DNA from: a virus
Virus record (IMG/VR): IMGVR_UViG_3300045988_003672
Location: 1-5,665 of that record
Length of the DNA: 5,665 bases
Reading direction: 5' to 3' (one strand)
The position numbers and the translations under genes were made by a program. Positions 4,284 through 5,665 of this stretch are shown here, piece by piece. Each line of letters opens with the position of its first letter. The first letter of the stretch is position 1. The notes beneath the pieces were generated by a model, which was given only the letters and a program-made list of their open reading frames with translations, was not told where the DNA came from and made no database searches.

Positions 4284-5665
4284 ACCGCAACAGTGAATAC
4301 AGCTTTGCACAAAATCCGCAGGTCGGAGTAAGCCGCAGCCGATTCCAGCGCAACAGCGACAACAAAACGACCTTCAACACGGGCGACCTCATCCCGGTCT
4401 ATCTAGACGAGGTGCTTCCGGGTGATACGCACCAAGTAGACGTTGCCTGTGTGATGCGAATGGCAACACCCATCTTCCCGGTGATGGACAACGCCTTTTG
4501 CGACTTTTACTTCTTCTTCGTACCTAACCGCTTGCTCTGGGAGCACTGGAAGGAGTTTATGGGCGAGAACAAGGAAACAGCATGGACGCCTAAGACAGAG
4601 TACAGTGTGCCACAGGTGACGGCACCAACAGGCGGATGGGCAGAAGGTACGCTGGCAGACTATCTGGGACTGCCCACCAAGGTCGAAGGCATCAGCGTAA
4701 GCGCTCTGCCCGGTCGAGCATACGGCCTAATCTACAACGAGTGGTTTCGAAACCAAAACGTCACGCAGCCGACGCTCGTAGAGGTGACGGACGCAACGAC
4801 GACCGGCAAAAACGACGGCAGCGCTACCAACGACAGCGCTATCACGCTGGCAAAACCTCTTAAAGCAGCGAAGGTGTTTGACTACTACACCGGAGCTTTG
4901 CCGGAGCCGCAGAAAGGCGAGCCGATTACCATTCCGCTGAGCGGTAACGCGCCCATTAAAAGCTACCTAAACCAAGAAATGACAATACCAGCCGCCGTAA
5001 TTAAAACCGGCAGCTCATACACTACGACCGGCTGGCCATGGGATATCAACGGCAAAGCATACCTGTTCCAAAACAACATAGACGGAACGGCAACGATGAC
5101 AGGCCAAACTAAAAGCGGAACCTCTTTTGGCGATAAAGTCGACGGGCAAACAAGCGACATAGCCTTCTTGGGAGCCGACCTTGGAGCAGTAACAGCGGCG
5201 ACCATCAACCAACTCCGACAGGCATTCCAGATCCAGAAACTGCTCGAAAAAGATGCACGAGGCGGCACGAGATACCGCGAGGTACTGCGCGAGCACTTCG
5301 GAGTTATCTCTCCTGACTCTCGTATGCAGATTCCGGAGTATCTGGGCGGCTACAGACTACCTATCAACGTGTCTCAGGTTATCCAGACCTCTTCGACCGA
5401 CGGCACGAGTCCGCTGGGCAACACAGCGGCGCTAAGTGTGACCACAATGAACAAACCCATGTTTACCAAGTCCTTTACCGAGCATGGCTTCATCATGGGT
5501 CTGGCAGTCGTCCGTACCGACCAGACCTATCAGCAGGGTATCGAGCGCATGTGGAGCCGCAAAGGCCGGTATGATTACTACTGGCCTGTACTGGCAAACA
5601 TCGGCGAGCAAGCAATCCTCAACAAAGAAATCTATGCACAGGGCAACACGACAGATGAAGAGGCA
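4280..5665 (+). CDS. Major capsid protein VP1 (F-like), N-terminal 462 codons. It runs off the window end and continues at base 2. The full protein is 556 aa.
   Basis: I translated this frame by hand from ATG 4280 and found no stop through 5665. Motifs: MNRNSEYSFAQNPQVGVSRSRF...TFNTGDLIPVYLDEVLPGDT, GRAYGLIYNEWFRNQN, DYYTGALPEPQKG, and INQLRQAFQIQKLLEKDARGGTRYREVLREHFGV. A variable insertion of about 85 aa (residues ~221-305) sits between conserved blocks, as in the gokushovirus surface loop. Confidence 0.93.
   Translation, partial: MNRNSEYSFAQNPQVGVSRSRFQRNSDNKTTFNTGDLIPVYLDEVLPGDTHQVDVACVMRMATPIFPVMDNAFCDFYFFFVPNRLLWEHWKEFMGENKETAWTPKTEYSVPQVTAPTGGWAEGTLADYLGLPTKVEGISVSALPGRAYGLIYNEWFRNQNVTQPTLVEVTDATTTGKNDGSATNDSAITLAKPLKAAKVFDYYTGALPEPQKGEPITIPLSGNAPIKSYLNQEMTIPAAVIKTGSSYTTTGWPWDINGKAYLFQNNIDGTATMTGQTKSGTSFGDKVDGQTSDIAFLGADLGAVTAATINQLRQAFQIQKLLEKDARGGTRYREVLREHFGVISPDSRMQIPEYLGGYRLPINVSQVIQTSSTDGTSPLGNTAALSVTTMNKPMFTKSFTEHGFIMGLAVVRTDQTYQQGIERMWSRKGRYDYYWPVLANIGEQAILNKEIYAQGNTTDEEA
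5611..5665. repeat. Terminal redundancy (copy 2), identical to 1-55.
   Basis: The 55-nt identity to the window start was read directly from the sequence. Confidence 0.95.

Overview
The window is one complete circular ssDNA Microviridae genome of the Gokushovirinae-like type. It is linearised inside the major capsid gene. Bases 1-55 are identical to 5611-5665, so the true unit length is 5,610 nt and the repeat is a circular-assembly overlap, not a biological terminal repeat. All supportable genes lie on the + strand. In order they are VP1 major capsid (4280..5665, wrapping to 1..340; 556 aa; absent from the ORF track because it has no in-window stop), an intrinsic terminator, the VP2 pilot/minor capsid protein, and the VP4 HUH rolling-circle Rep. 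A ~630-nt non-coding region follows, then three small unrecognised ORFs, a 39-aa basic J/VP8-like DNA-binding protein, a VP5-like non-structural protein, and the VP3 internal scaffold. The structural and replication core is ordinary. The unusual part is 2262-3472. It starts with a perfect 14-bp stem and 9-nt loop directly after rep, followed by G/C hairpins and an alternating purine-pyrimidine (ACGC)n tract. Next comes an AT-rich block with 8 same-orientation copies of (T)GTTGAAA(A) plus degenerate copies, which looks like an iteron array. After that are a GC-rich nested-hairpin island, a textbook TTGACA-17-TGnTATAAT promoter, and an accessory cassette of small ORFs that includes an A9G9 homopolymer leader. 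I read 2262-2836 as a candidate replication-origin or regulatory module resembling an RCR-plasmid nic-plus-bind origin. I read 2837-3472 as a promoter-driven accessory cassette of unknown function. All protein assignments rest on motifs I recognise by eye; no database search was possible.
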